Made by a program: the position numbers and the translations under genes
In this document: piece by piece, positions 37,828 through 47,954 of the stretch
How the letters are laid out: every line of letters starts with the position of its first letter
Numbering within the stretch: position 1 is the first letter of the stretch
Notes under the pieces: model-generated
Seen by the model: the letters and a program-made list of their open reading frames with translations, nothing else
What the model was told of the DNA's origin: nothing
Database searches by the model: none
DNA from: a virus
IMG/VR virus record: IMGVR_UViG_3300032323_002909
Span: 32,001-96,000 of that record
Direction: 5' to 3' (one strand)
Length of the DNA stretch: 64,000 nucleotides

Positions 37828-39042
37828 TTAAATTATTTCAAATTTGGGACACGGCACAATAAATTTGCCACCTTTATTAACAAATTCTTTTTCCCTTTCG
37901 ACAAATTCGTTTATAAAATGCCAAGGTAATACTAATAAGAAATCTGGATTCGCTTTTCTCATTTCGTCTTCGGAATATATGGGAATGTTTGTTCCTACGG
38001 TATATAATCCCCACTTATCACGATTTCTTTCAGCAATTCCATCGATCATTGTATAGTCAAGTCCGAAATATTGTAATAAGGTATTACCTTTAGTGGACGC
38101 ACCATATCCCCATATAGTCTTACCCTTGGCTTTCTGTTCCGTAATAAATGAAACAGTTTTCATTTTTAATTCATTTATACGTTTGAAAAAATTAATCCAG
38201 ATGTCAACTTTATCCAACTCTAAAGATTTTTCATAAGCTAATATAGAATTCACCCTATATTTGGCAACATCTCTATACGGTTGAGTGCCAAAGGCTCTCA
38301 AGTCGGCATCATCTTTCATCGCATAAATTCTGAAAGATCCTCCATTGACATCGTTTAATTGACAATCAACTACTTGAAATCCATTTTTCTCTAAAATATT
38401 CTTGATATTGAACAGTGAGTAGTAATGCATATGTTCGTGACATATATTATCAAAAGCTAATTGTTCAATCATTAATGGGGTGTAACTCATCTGTAACACC
38501 CACAGACCGTTATCTTCTATTATATCATAAACATCTTTGATGAAAGGTGTTGGATTTTCCAAATCGTAAAACATTGCGATAGTGGTCACAACTTTAGCCT
38601 TCAAATGTCCAAATTTACTTTTCTTGAGTAATGATGCGTTGAAGTAATCTTGTATAATCAAATCTGCATGTTTTTCAGATTCTTGTTTATACGAATCATC
38701 TACTGGATCAATACCAATCCTAATTAAATTTTTAGGTAGATAACTGAGCAATGTTCCATCATTACATGCAATATCAACCCACATATCATTTTCTTTAAGT
38801 TTTATGACATCATGTATAGAGTTCACAATTCCCTCCAACTCTTTTTTCATCGTATGATTTATACCCGAACGATACCAATACTTGCCAAACATATCGCCTA
38901 ATGGCGTTTGTTTCTGTAATCTAACCGCGCCAGTCTCTTCATCTAGCATCATTTTTAATTCTACCTTTCCACCTCTAGATTCCTCTCCCTTGATTAAAAA
39001 ATCTGAAACGTATAGTTCACCTAATGTAAATAATTCTTTCAT
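37828..39042 (-). CDS. NDP-hexose C-methyltransferase
   Basis: YWYRSG, DIACNDGTLL, FDNICHEH..YYS, NGGSFR, YGASTKGNTLL, LPWHF. Confidence 0.88.
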   Translation of the reverse strand: MKELFTLGELYVSDFLIKGEESRGGKVELKMMLDEETGAVRLQKQTPLGDMFGKYWYRSGINHTMKKELEGIVNSIHDVIKLKENDMWVDIACNDGTLLSYLPKNLIRIGIDPVDDSYKQESEKHADLIIQDYFNASLLKKSKFGHLKAKVVTTIAMFYDLENPTPFIKDVYDIIEDNGLWVLQMSYTPLMIEQLAFDNICHEHMHYYSLFNIKNILEKNGFQVVDCQLNDVNGGSFRIYAMKDDADLRAFGTQPYRDVAKYRVNSILAYEKSLELDKVDIWINFFKRINELKMKTVSFITEQKAKGKTIWGYGASTKGNTLLQYFGLDYTMIDGIAERNRDKWGLYTVGTNIPIYSEDEMRKANPDFLLVLPWHFINEFVEREKEFVNKGGKFIVPCPKFEII

Positions 39043-39941
39043 AATCTAATTGTATCGTAATTTTTAATAAAATGCTTTATGGTTTCTTCCAAACCAACTC
39101 GTAATGTCGTGAATTCGTAATCTCCTATTATAGATTTTAAATATGAATTGTCAGATGGTTTCCTGAATTGCCCATCGGGTTTAGATGTGTCGAATATTAC
39201 GTCATTTTTGAAATCCATAATATCGCATATCATATCCACAACCTCTCTGATAGAAACTTCATTGGAAGTTGATAATATAATTGGAGATGTTCCGTCATAT
39301 TTATCCATCAATAATTTTATTATATTTGCAACGTCTTTTGCATAAATAAATTCTCTTAAAGCATTACCACTTCCCCAAACATGTAAATTGGTATTATTTA
39401 GTTTAGCCAAATAAACCTTATGTATTAAAGCAGGTATGACATGAGTATTTTCTAAATTATAATTATCATTAAGCCCATACATATTACATGGTATAACGGC
39501 AAAATATTTCGTGCCATATTGTTGATTATATGCTCGAAGTTGCACATCTACCATTCTCTTAGAGTAACCATATCCATAATTAGTTTCATGCGGTGGACCT
39601 AGATGGATCTTATCTTCTGTTAATGGATATTCAACGTCTGCGGGGAACACGCATGTAGAGAGAAACACTACCAGTTTTTCGACATTATTTATTCTACAAG
39701 ACTCAATAATGTTAGTATTGATCATCAAATTATCGTAGAAATATTCTCCCATAGCTGACATATTCCCACCTATACCGCCAACTTTAGCAGCACAATGTAT
39801 AACATGTGTTGGCTTATAAGTTTCAATCAACCTATTCGATTCTACAGGTATTCTTAAATCAAATTCTCTACCAACTTTAACATCGGCTTCTATCACAGAC
39901 CCTACTAATCCATGTCCTCCAGTAACTAATACTTTATCCAT
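39039..39941 (-). CDS. fcl: GDP-L-fucose synthase-like (Fcl/WcaG/ColC)
   Basis: VTGGHGLVG, AAKVGGI, LSTCVFP, YGYSKR, HVIPAL, WGSG..LREF, KPDGQ; start at ATG 39941. Confidence 0.9.
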   Translation of the reverse strand: MDKVLVTGGHGLVGSVIEADVKVGREFDLRIPVESNRLIETYKPTHVIHCAAKVGGIGGNMSAMGEYFYDNLMINTNIIESCRINNVEKLVVFLSTCVFPADVEYPLTEDKIHLGPPHETNYGYGYSKRMVDVQLRAYNQQYGTKYFAVIPCNMYGLNDNYNLENTHVIPALIHKVYLAKLNNTNLHVWGSGNALREFIYAKDVANIIKLLMDKYDGTSPIILSTSNEVSIREVVDMICDIMDFKNDVIFDTSKPDGQFRKPSDNSYLKSIIGDYEFTTLRVGLEETIKHFIKNYDTIRL

Positions 39942-40824
39942 AAATCCCTGTTCTTTTTTTGTATTCATCGTGTTCGGCGACACACTCTTCCCATGAGAAT
40001 AAGTTACCATCTCGATCTAAATAATTGTGATTTCTGAAAATATTATACCCGCATGACCAATAACCATTAGATATATTGTAACGACCCCAATATTTAGGGG
40101 CTAAAATATACTTCACGGTATCACTTAGTAAAGTGGCGAAATACGGGAAACTAGAATTTGATAAAATCAAATAATGGGCATTTTTAATAATGGTAAAATC
40201 AGTTGCAATGTCGAAATGTTTCACTTCGAAATCGGGAAATTGTCTACTTGCTCTTTCTACATCATCAGTAATAACTACAAATTTAAAATCTGGATTAATT
40301 TTTCGCATTCTAGTAATCGCGTCATCCCAATACTTCCCATTTAAATGAAAATGTATAACACCTGCATATTCACCACCGCGATAATTGATAATACAAATAT
40401 TCGGATCGGAATAATCGTAGCAATCTTTTTCTGGTTTAATTTTTAACCATTGTCTAATTTCATCTTTACGATGAATAATTCGATCTTCTGATTGAAATAA
40501 TCCGTCAAGTTTGGTATTATCTTGAATCAATTCTAAATTTGGATCATCAATTGTTACATTTGAACCATTAGGAAGATACCACCACTTTTCTTTAAAATAA
40601 TTTTCAATTCCATTGGGAAGCGTGTGTGGCGGACCACCTTCTGGACCAGAACCCCCTTCGACAGGTAATCCAAAATCTAAATCCATAAAATCTAAGCATT
40701 TGAATTTATGAGGATTCATAATCCCAAAATCAAATCCTTTATCCTTAGCAACTACTCTCGTTGTCACATAACAAGCTAATTGATTGCCTAATCCCTGTCC
40801 ATTGTAAATTTCAGTTATTATCAT
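39934..40824 (-). CDS. GT11-like glycosyltransferase
   Basis: GQGLGNQL, FQSE, YRGGEY, TDD, SNSSF. Confidence 0.8.
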   Translation of the reverse strand: MIITEIYNGQGLGNQLACYVTTRVVAKDKGFDFGIMNPHKFKCLDFMDLDFGLPVEGGSGPEGGPPHTLPNGIENYFKEKWWYLPNGSNVTIDDPNLELIQDNTKLDGLFQSEDRIIHRKDEIRQWLKIKPEKDCYDYSDPNICIINYRGGEYAGVIHFHLNGKYWDDAITRMRKINPDFKFVVITDDVERASRQFPDFEVKHFDIATDFTIIKNAHYLILSNSSFPYFATLLSDTVKYILAPKYWGRYNISNGYWSCGYNIFRNHNYLDRDGNLFSWEECVAEHDEYKKRTGIYG

Positions 40825-40874
40825 ATTTTTCTTTGTGAATTTTATTTATCAATCCAATATTTTTTTTCAAATTT

Positions 40875-41582
40875 TTATAATGATTTATTATATTTTGATT
40901 TGATGTAAAGATGTTCGTTGTCAATCATACTACTGGTGGTTGCTTGAGTTGTTTGACCATCCCAAGTTCTTACCACACCCAAAGGATTATCACATGCTAG
41001 GATAGTCGGTTGCCCATATTTTTCGACCATTCTATGATAGAATTCCGTATCCATCATGTATGAAAGTTTCTCATCGAAAAAATTATCATCATTAATAAAA
41101 TATATAACACTTGGTGGTCCTAAAGAGTTAATTCCATCAATAAAATTATTATTACTATATGGAGTTCTTTGGTTATAGTATGTATTTGAATCACCATTTA
41201 AATGCGTATATTCGTAAGCATACCAAGGATCAACTAAATTATTTAAAATATGTTTCAATGATTTTGAATAATAAAAAAGATCATCTTGAAACAACGGTTT
41301 GATATATTTCCCAGAACTATGTTTAATACAGTTATTTAAATTTGCAGACATTGATCCACGCCCATATGAATTTTTCAAAAATTTAATATTAAGATCTTTA
41401 AAATTATTACAACATTTTTCAATTTCATCATCAAAAGAATGGTCCGACACTATAATTTCAACATTGGATAAATCACATTCCTGTGATCTTATAATCGATA
41501 ATGATTCGCTTAAATATTTCGCTCCGATTCCGCTCATTTCATAGCAAGGAACACATAATGATATTTCTGGTTTAGTCGTCAT
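40875..41582 (-). CDS. GT2 glycosyltransferase
   Basis: SLCVPCYEM, IVSDHS, N.NN.I, LFQDD, D.EFY. Confidence 0.85.
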   Translation of the reverse strand: MTTKPEISLCVPCYEMSGIGAKYLSESLSIIRSQECDLSNVEIIVSDHSFDDEIEKCCNNFKDLNIKFLKNSYGRGSMSANLNNCIKHSSGKYIKPLFQDDLFYYSKSLKHILNNLVDPWYAYEYTHLNGDSNTYYNQRTPYSNNNFIDGINSLGPPSVIYFINDDNFFDEKLSYMMDTEFYHRMVEKYGQPTILACDNPLGVVRTWDGQTTQATTSSMIDNEHLYIKSKYNKSL

Positions 41583-41598
41583 ATTTTTTTGTTTTATG

Positions 41599-42216
41599 TT
41601 ACTTTAACCAAGTATAGTCACATTCAGATTCGTCAATATCACTGTAATCTTCTTTTTGCCAAGTGATAGATTTATCACCATTTTTCATCACATAAGATGG
41701 AAAAAGCCTATGCAAATGTGCATAATATATATCAATGGGGGATTTGGGATCTTTGATAAATTCTAATATTGTGGGTATAATTTCTGCTTTTAACCCATAA
41801 GCGTGGGTAGCCAAAGAACTTATCATTCGATAAATGTTATTGTTAATTTTTGATAAACCATTAAGATGATTACCACCCAGATACAAAAATTTCCAATCAT
41901 TTGGAACATCGTCAATGTTATTAGCAAAAAACTTATTCAATCCATTTTCAAAAACTACATCATCTTCAAGAATCAAAATTTTTTCGTATTTATTATTGAT
42001 AGCATCGGTCATCACAGCACGATGGCTTGACATGCAAGCTAGTTGACCGCTGGTAATCGCGCCATTGTCACCGATATCATTTTTATCAATAGCAGCAAAT
42101 CGTTGCACGTCTAATCCTTCTCTAGCAAACAGATTAGCACAATGCTTCCATCTATCAGGTCGTCGATCCAAATTTATACAATAAATTTTATCAAAATATT
42201 CATTCAATTTCCCCAT
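41599..42216 (-). CDS. GT25 glycosyltransferase
   Basis: YCINLDRRPDRW, AC..SH, LILEDD, LYLGG, THAY. Confidence 0.88.
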   Translation of the reverse strand: MGKLNEYFDKIYCINLDRRPDRWKHCANLFAREGLDVQRFAAIDKNDIGDNGAITSGQLACMSSHRAVMTDAINNKYEKILILEDDVVFENGLNKFFANNIDDVPNDWKFLYLGGNHLNGLSKINNNIYRMISSLATHAYGLKAEIIPTILEFIKDPKSPIDIYYAHLHRLFPSYVMKNGDKSITWQKEDYSDIDESECDYTWLK

Positions 42217-42929
42217 AAATCAGTAGTATCCCTATCGTATTGTTCTTTTATTTGTAACCCATATTTATATAATGCATGATTGTTATGTGTCCCTCCAACA
42301 TCAATATTGGTATCGACATCATTTGGATTATACTTCTGCACTCTCCATGACATACCTTCGTAATGTTTGAAATATTTATTTTCCGCATTGAAATTTGCAA
42401 CCAACAAATTTGCATTTAAAACGTCCTCGAACATTGTAGAACCGACATCATAAACTCTACTAGTATTTCGACTATTTACGGTTCTCTCCTCATCAAAGAA
42501 TTTTATATCATTGCCCATAAGGTGTCGCCTATTAATAAAGCAAAACCAAGGATCAACTCTCGGATGCAACGCTTTACCACCTCGATCACCACTCACATTT
42601 CCCAGTAAAGTGAAATTACCTTCTTTAAATTTTTGATATATGGGCGCAATATCTTTATAAAAAATTACGTCAGAATCGATTAACAAGATATGATCGTTTT
42701 CAATCAAATTCAATGCGTGATTGACGGCTTTACCATGTGAATAATTTGGAAGATCTTCTATGATCACACCATCTGGTAAATGATGCCATAGTTGACCACT
42801 CTTGGGTGACGTGTCCATCACGTAATAATAATCAATAAGTAAAGACGAACTTCTATTTAAAGATCTCAACATGTTTGTCGTAATCACGGGAGTATCGTAA
42901 TTACAGGTCAATATTGACAATCCACTCAT
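42204..42929 (-). CDS. GT-A/GT2-like glycosyltransferase
   Basis: HG.AVN, LLIDSDV, DVGS, HY.G.SW. Confidence 0.75.
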   Translation of the reverse strand: MSGLSILTCNYDTPVITTNMLRSLNRSSSLLIDYYYVMDTSPKSGQLWHHLPDGVIIEDLPNYSHGKAVNHALNLIENDHILLIDSDVIFYKDIAPIYQKFKEGNFTLLGNVSGDRGGKALHPRVDPWFCFINRRHLMGNDIKFFDEERTVNSRNTSRVYDVGSTMFEDVLNANLLVANFNAENKYFKHYEGMSWRVQKYNPNDVDTNIDVGGTHNNHALYKYGLQIKEQYDRDTTDLWGN

Positions 42930-43723
42930 ACCACTTCGACGTTGGATTTCAATCTCTTCAGGGATTGTATCACAGTATTATAATCTGATTGCGGTATTTG
43001 TAGTGGTAACATACCGTGCTTCACAATAAATACAGTGTCTGCTCTATTAACAATTTCACTATGTTTCGGTGATGATGAAATAGTGGATTGGCTTATACTC
43101 CAATCTTCATCGCCTAAATATTCCCAAGAATTCGCAATATCTGCAAAATTCCAAAAAGGTGGGTGCATATCGGACTTGATTATACGATACGTATGTTCAA
43201 CATGTTCACATGCATTGTAGAAATCTTCATCCAAAAGACCAACAGTTTCTAAACATTTTTTAGAATAATATGAAAAAGCACCTACGCAATGTTGATATAA
43301 ACTAATTCCAACATCGTCATATTGAATGGTTATTTTTGGATTAGCTTCTCTAGTATGGTAATTTTTATTCATTATACCATGTTGAGAATAGTTGAAGTGT
43401 TGAATACCACTCTTTTTCGATGCCTTGATATAAGCATTAAAAACATTTTTATCTTTAATGAAGATATCATCTTCGATCAAAAAAATATGCTCACAACCTG
43501 AATCTAAAAGATGTTTCAAAGCGATATTTTTCGAAACACCTACACCAACATTACGTTCATTTTTAATAACATATGTGTTCCACCCGTCTACATCGACTTC
43601 ATCACCATCATTAACAACGATTAATTTAGACCAATCACAATCACCAACGCTGTCTAACAATTTTTTTAGTTGCTTTGGTCTATTATAGGTAACAATACCT
43701 ATTCCAATTTTACCCTCTTTCAT
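42926..43723 (-). CDS. GT2 glycosyltransferase
   Basis: GIVTYNRP, VVNDG, KN.AL, FLIEDD, VG.LDE, EH.E. Confidence 0.88.
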   Translation of the reverse strand: MKEGKIGIGIVTYNRPKQLKKLLDSVGDCDWSKLIVVNDGDEVDVDGWNTYVIKNERNVGVGVSKNIALKHLLDSGCEHIFLIEDDIFIKDKNVFNAYIKASKKSGIQHFNYSQHGIMNKNYHTREANPKITIQYDDVGISLYQHCVGAFSYYSKKCLETVGLLDEDFYNACEHVEHTYRIIKSDMHPPFWNFADIANSWEYLGDEDWSISQSTISSSPKHSEIVNRADTVFIVKHGMLPLQIPQSDYNTVIQSLKRLKSNVEVV

Positions 43724-43725
43724 TT

Positions 43726-44463
43726 TCAGTATTTTAAATTTTTAATATCGTTAGTAATTTTTTTAAATTCATTGTCTTTCTCGCTCCATTGTCCTTGTTC
43801 TTTAAGCATTTGCTCCATAAGTTCCAAGTTTTTGGGATCTAGAACACTACTCTCAGTTTCAATTAAATTACCATTTCGGTCAATAAATTCTCCAATCCAA
43901 GCAATTCTATCATCAATAGATGGGATATTTTCAATTGGAACAATCGCAGGACAATTATCAGGAATAAAAAATGGTGTATTTTCCAAATGATTGGAGTATT
44001 GATCATATAATCCAGCAAAAATATCATCAATTTCTCGAATATAATTTAAATTAGCATCACGCAACCCATCATCTACAATTTTAATTGATGGATCATATTT
44101 GATCCAGAATATAATATCCAAATTTTTTAAAGAACGACGAACAACATCCACGGTAACACCCAAAACATCTTCACTAATCAAATCTTTTTCGGCGGCATGT
44201 AATGTATATGCCATATTATCCAATGGACAACGATCATAGATAACATATTTTTCATCTTTATTGGTTTCCATTACTTGGGTCATCCAATCCAAGATTGTAA
44301 GTTGCGTTTCAGCATTTGTTTTGGATGAATGTTGTAGTCCCTTTTCCTTGAGAATATCACGATAAGTGATCTGAGGTGTTTTATACATCGACCACTTACG
44401 CAAAAAAGATTTCAACAATGTTGATTTTCCAGTACAACTCGCCCCACTAAAACTTATTTTCAT
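43726..44463 (-). CDS. P-loop nucleotide kinase-like protein (AAA_28)
   Basis: FSGASCTGKSTL, DRCPLD..AY, DDGLR. Confidence 0.75.
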   Translation of the reverse strand: MKISFSGASCTGKSTLLKSFLRKWSMYKTPQITYRDILKEKGLQHSSKTNAETQLTILDWMTQVMETNKDEKYVIYDRCPLDNMAYTLHAAEKDLISEDVLGVTVDVVRRSLKNLDIIFWIKYDPSIKIVDDGLRDANLNYIREIDDIFAGLYDQYSNHLENTPFFIPDNCPAIVPIENIPSIDDRIAWIGEFIDRNGNLIETESSVLDPKNLELMEQMLKEQGQWSEKDNEFKKITNDIKNLKY

Positions 44464-45324
44464 ATTAATATTAACTTACCATCTTTTATCAAATTGTCAA
44501 TATCATCTTGATTTAATTTATCATAATCATATTCTGAAAATACTTTAAACTGATATCCTCTTTTATTACACCAAATTTTAGCAGATTCCCATTTAGCGAT
44601 ATTTTGCAGATTCGAGTGTAGAGATTTTGGTTTAATTTCAAAAAAAAATATTATCGGATACGAAATCGCAGAAATAATTTCTCTGCCTACCTTCATACAT
44701 ATAAGGTATCGCATATTTTCTAATCTCGCCATTTTCAAATTTTATATTATTGGGTTCAAGATATTTTATGATAAATGATACCTCCATCAAGGATCTGAAA
44801 AAAATACCATTATAATAACCTTTGGTTCCTTTACCTGATAATTTGTGCGCTGGTTTACCCCATTGGGGGTTGTCATTTCCGAATTTAGGTTTGAAATGAC
44901 ACTTGTTTCTATGATTTTCACGCATTTTATCAGCTTTTTCTTTTCCGTATCTCTCATCCCATTTTAAATTAATTCGTTCTTGTAATCTTTCATGTGATTT
45001 ATTTTTAATAGCATTTTCTCTGTGTTTATTTTTGATAATGTTAGCTTTTTCTCCACCATACTTTTCATCGAGAGACATCCCTTTACTTTTCTTATTTCTT
45101 GTTGACATTATGTAAGAGCTGGCACATTTATGACATAGGTAATTTGGATGTGGTGATTTAAGCCTGTTTGTTACATGACCGCTATAGTTGGTTTCTTTTA
45201 TATTTTCACATTCAGAACATTTTACTAAAATATTTTGTTTTTGTTTAATTTTACCCTTTCCTTTATATTTTGAATTAACCAACAATTTCGATATTATTTC
45301 TGATCCATTATAGTCATATGCCAT
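44460..45324 (-). pseudogene. homing-type endonuclease (Zn finger/NUMOD repeats + TnsA-like PD-(D/E)XK), interrupted by a frameshift
   Basis: FRSLME..YFCDF in ORF 44638..45324 continues as EIKPK..KWESAK in the frame of 44460..44738; one extra T in a T9 run (44640-44648) creates TGA. Confidence 0.75.
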
Positions 45325-45370
45325 GTAATTATTTAATTAAGCGGAACTTTATATACAGTATTAAAAATAA

Positions 45371-45406
45371 AAACCCACTTGATTTTTTAAAAAATCAAGT
45401 GGGTTT
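45371..45406 (-). terminator. perfect 36-bp palindrome, likely terminator after phoH
   Basis: AAACCCACTTGATTTTTT/AAAAAATCAAGTGGGTTT, followed by a T-tract on the minus strand. Confidence 0.75.
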
Positions 45407-45428
45407 GTTGTTAAAAATCAAGTAATAA

Positions 45429-46175
45429 TTATTGTAAGTTCTTAAATTTCTTAACAATAAATTTCAAAATTTCAGATCTGACAATATCGCTTTCATCAAA
45501 TTCAAACGTTACTATACCATTATCGATAGATTCTTGATCATTGAAGATATTGTAAACTCCTTCAAATCCACTGAATTTAATATCTGGTTGCATACGGTCT
45601 CCAGCAAGTATCAATTTGCTATTTTCGCCGATTCGACTCATTACCGTCAAAATTTCTTTAGTTTCCATTTGTTGCGTTTCATCAACTAATACAAACATGT
45701 TGTCCCACGTGTGTCCACGTGCGTGGTTGACAGGCATAGTATCGACAATTCCAGCTTTTTTAATTTTTGGTAGGTCAGACTCCTCAACTATTTTATTGAT
45801 CAATTCGTAAGCTACAGCATTAAAAGGTTGACTCTTTTCAGCCTCAGAACCTGGTAAATAACCCATTGATCTAGAAGCACTTTCAACCATTGCTCTAACG
45901 TAGAGTAATTTATCATACAGTTTATCTTTAATCATGCTCAACCCGCAATATACAGATGTCCATGATTTACCAGTTCCTGCTGGTCCTTGTATGATGATTA
46001 CTTTAACATTTGGGTCTTTTATAATAGAGACCAACTTTTGTTGTTTATCGGTTAACTTGAAACCTCTTTTTTTGAATTTAAAATCTAGCTTATTATAATT
46101 ATTGATTATAGCTTCTTCGATTTCAGGGATTCTGGCTTCCTTACGCTTTTCTTTCGAAATTTTTCTAATCGCCAT
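45429..46175 (-). CDS. phoH: PhoH-family ATPase
   Basis: GPAGTGKS, MGYLPG, RGHTW, DETQQ, SRIGENSK, GD..Q.D, DIVRS; start at ATG 46175. Confidence 0.93.
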   Translation of the reverse strand: MAIRKISKEKRKEARIPEIEEAIINNYNKLDFKFKKRGFKLTDKQQKLVSIIKDPNVKVIIIQGPAGTGKSWTSVYCGLSMIKDKLYDKLLYVRAMVESASRSMGYLPGSEAEKSQPFNAVAYELINKIVEESDLPKIKKAGIVDTMPVNHARGHTWDNMFVLVDETQQMETKEILTVMSRIGENSKLILAGDRMQPDIKFSGFEGVYNIFNDQESIDNGIVTFEFDESDIVRSEILKFIVKKFKNLQ

Positions 46176-46244
46176 GTTAATATTACTTAGTCGAAAATTA
46201 ACATTTTGCAATCGTATTCTTAATAATTAAGCGTTCTATGGTGT

Positions 46245-46448
46245 TCAATCAAACCATGGATGACTTTTAAAATTTTCTAAAATTGGTTCGTATTTATCGA
46301 CAACAATTTCTTCGGGAGGTGCAATTAATGCTACGGTTTCACCAATTGATTCTTGGTCTTCGTCTGTAACAAATTTAAAAAATTCGTCTTCTCTTACTAA
46401 AATTTCAATTTCCATATCTCGATTTAATAATAAGTTGTTTAATGTCAA
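46245..46448 (-). CDS. hypothetical protein
   Basis: Short acidic ORF abutting the upstream gene. Confidence 0.45.
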   Translation of the reverse strand: MTLNNLLLNRDMEIEILVREDEFFKFVTDEDQESIGETVALIAPPEEIVVDKYEPILENFKSHPWFD

Positions 46449-47036
46449 TCATGGAGTTCGTCTAGCAGTTTTTTTAGCAGTTTTTCTAGCAGTTTTTCTA
46501 GCAGTTTTTTTGGCAGTTTTACTTGCGGCAGGTGTTGCGGTAGTAGCTGATCCATCAGCTGGTAGATAAATACCGCTATCATCATCAACATCATACATTC
46601 TTCTTCTATCTGGTCTTAAAACAAATTTAATTTGTTTTTCCACATCATCATATTGCACAATTGCTCTTGGCTCATTGAATCTTCTAATAATTATAGGTTC
46701 ACCATCATCATTAACCCCTTTTACACCAACATCTAACGCCCAGTGTGTTTTACCGCCGCCGAAATTTCTAATTTTTTTAGGTTTAGAGTTTTTGGTTGGA
46801 ATAAAACCCATTTCATCGATCCAATCAAGAATAATTTCTTCCGTTGTCTTACCCGCTTGTTTTATTGCACCGCTGGCAAGTTTAATATTTTTTCTAATAT
46901 TACTAACGTTTTGGTAGGTTTGAGGTAAAGCTACTTTGGTCAATTCTACAGCACCTTGTAATGCTTGTTTCCCAGTCTTCTTAAATGAATCCCAAAATCC
47001 TTCATCAAGTAATTCTTTTTGTGTGTGTTTATGCAT
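46449..47036 (-). CDS. hypothetical protein with histone H1-like basic tail
   Basis: N-terminal LLDEGFWD; C-terminal KTAKKTARKTARKTAKKTARR. Confidence 0.65.
   Translation of the reverse strand: MHKHTQKELLDEGFWDSFKKTGKQALQGAVELTKVALPQTYQNVSNIRKNIKLASGAIKQAGKTTEEIILDWIDEMGFIPTKNSKPKKIRNFGGGKTHWALDVGVKGVNDDGEPIIIRRFNEPRAIVQYDDVEKQIKFVLRPDRRRMYDVDDDSGIYLPADGSATTATPAASKTAKKTARKTARKTAKKTARRTP
46461..46520. repeat. 12-bp tandem repeat (about 5 copies) encoding KTA(K/R)
   Basis: TAGCAGTTTTT(C/T) units. Confidence 0.85.
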
Positions 47037-47487
47037 TGGCTTGTAAATTTTGGTCTGCTACATTATTCAATGCTACATCGATAAGAGCATTGAGTTCATC
47101 TTTGATGAAACTTTTTCCTATTAAAACCTTATGATCGTTGGTGGCACGATTCCCAATTGAAAACGGAACACTGTTAAATTTTTTACCGCCGATCATACAA
47201 TCAAAAAGACACACAGGTCTTTCTACAGTATTACCTTCGCCGATATTTATGGTAATGGTATCTTCAACATCTTTTTCTAAACGAATAGAATTCACTGTTG
47301 TGAATCTTACTATTTTTTGGTGTGTGTTTTTATCTTCGCCCATTTCTAAATCTTCTCCATGTAAAACGTTATGCGCTCCATTACCTGTATCTAATTTAGC
47401 TGGAATATTACCGACACCATCGATGTTAATATCCTCGACTAATCCTAGAATATTTTTTTCAACGAAAAATTGTTTGAAACTTATCAT
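47029..47487 (-). CDS. retropepsin-like aspartic protease (RimK-associated/ATP-dependent Zn protease family)
   Basis: G..E.I, AKLDTGN, E.RP, F....R....VLIG..F. Confidence 0.8.
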   Translation of the reverse strand: MISFKQFFVEKNILGLVEDINIDGVGNIPAKLDTGNGAHNVLHGEDLEMGEDKNTHQKIVRFTTVNSIRLEKDVEDTITINIGEGNTVERPVCLFDCMIGGKKFNSVPFSIGNRATNDHKVLIGKSFIKDELNALIDVALNNVADQNLQANA

Positions 47488-47490
47488 CCA

Positions 47491-47946
47491 TTAACTAAGA
47501 GGGTTAAAATCGTCCGATTGTTCAAATCCAGTATTGGCAAAATCTGCTTTAGCATCTAAACGATGCCAAACATCCGACATGTATGTAGATGCTACTGTAA
47601 TTGCTGAGACCATCCAATCATCAAATTCGGTGTTGGAACATATGTCATAAAGTCTGTTAGAATATTCTGCTAACTTTTTCAATTCAGATACAAGAACTTC
47701 ATTAACTTCAAAATTATCCACTGACCCCATTGGCTCAACTTCCATTACAATATTTTGCATGGATTTAGATTCTGGTTCTAAATCATCATCGTATTCGGAT
47801 TCAAAATCATCATCGTCTTCAAAATCACCGCCAAGATCATCCATATCATCGTCTTCCAACATGTCATCGAGTCTTTCGTTCAAGACTTTTTTATTGCCAC
47901 GAAATGATTCCCAAATTAATGTGTTTTCTTCTCCTTTGAATTTCAT
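47491..47946 (-). CDS. acidic hypothetical late protein
   Basis: TAAATA-ATAAT-ATG; D/E-rich; DDWMVSAITVA..Y. Confidence 0.65.
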   Translation of the reverse strand: MKFKGEENTLIWESFRGNKKVLNERLDDMLEDDDMDDLGGDFEDDDDFESEYDDDLEPESKSMQNIVMEVEPMGSVDNFEVNEVLVSELKKLAEYSNRLYDICSNTEFDDWMVSAITVASTYMSDVWHRLDAKADFANTGFEQSDDFNPLS

Positions 47947-47954
47947 ATTATTAT

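Noticed and set aside
31943-43723. Bacterial O-antigen locus or chimeric host contamination
   Set aside because: Same AT content and promoter style as the flanks, overlaps gp62, and lacks wzx/wzy/initiating transferase
45371-45423. MITE or transposon end at the perfect palindrome
   Set aside because: No target duplication or second end; position after phoH with a T-tract fits a terminator
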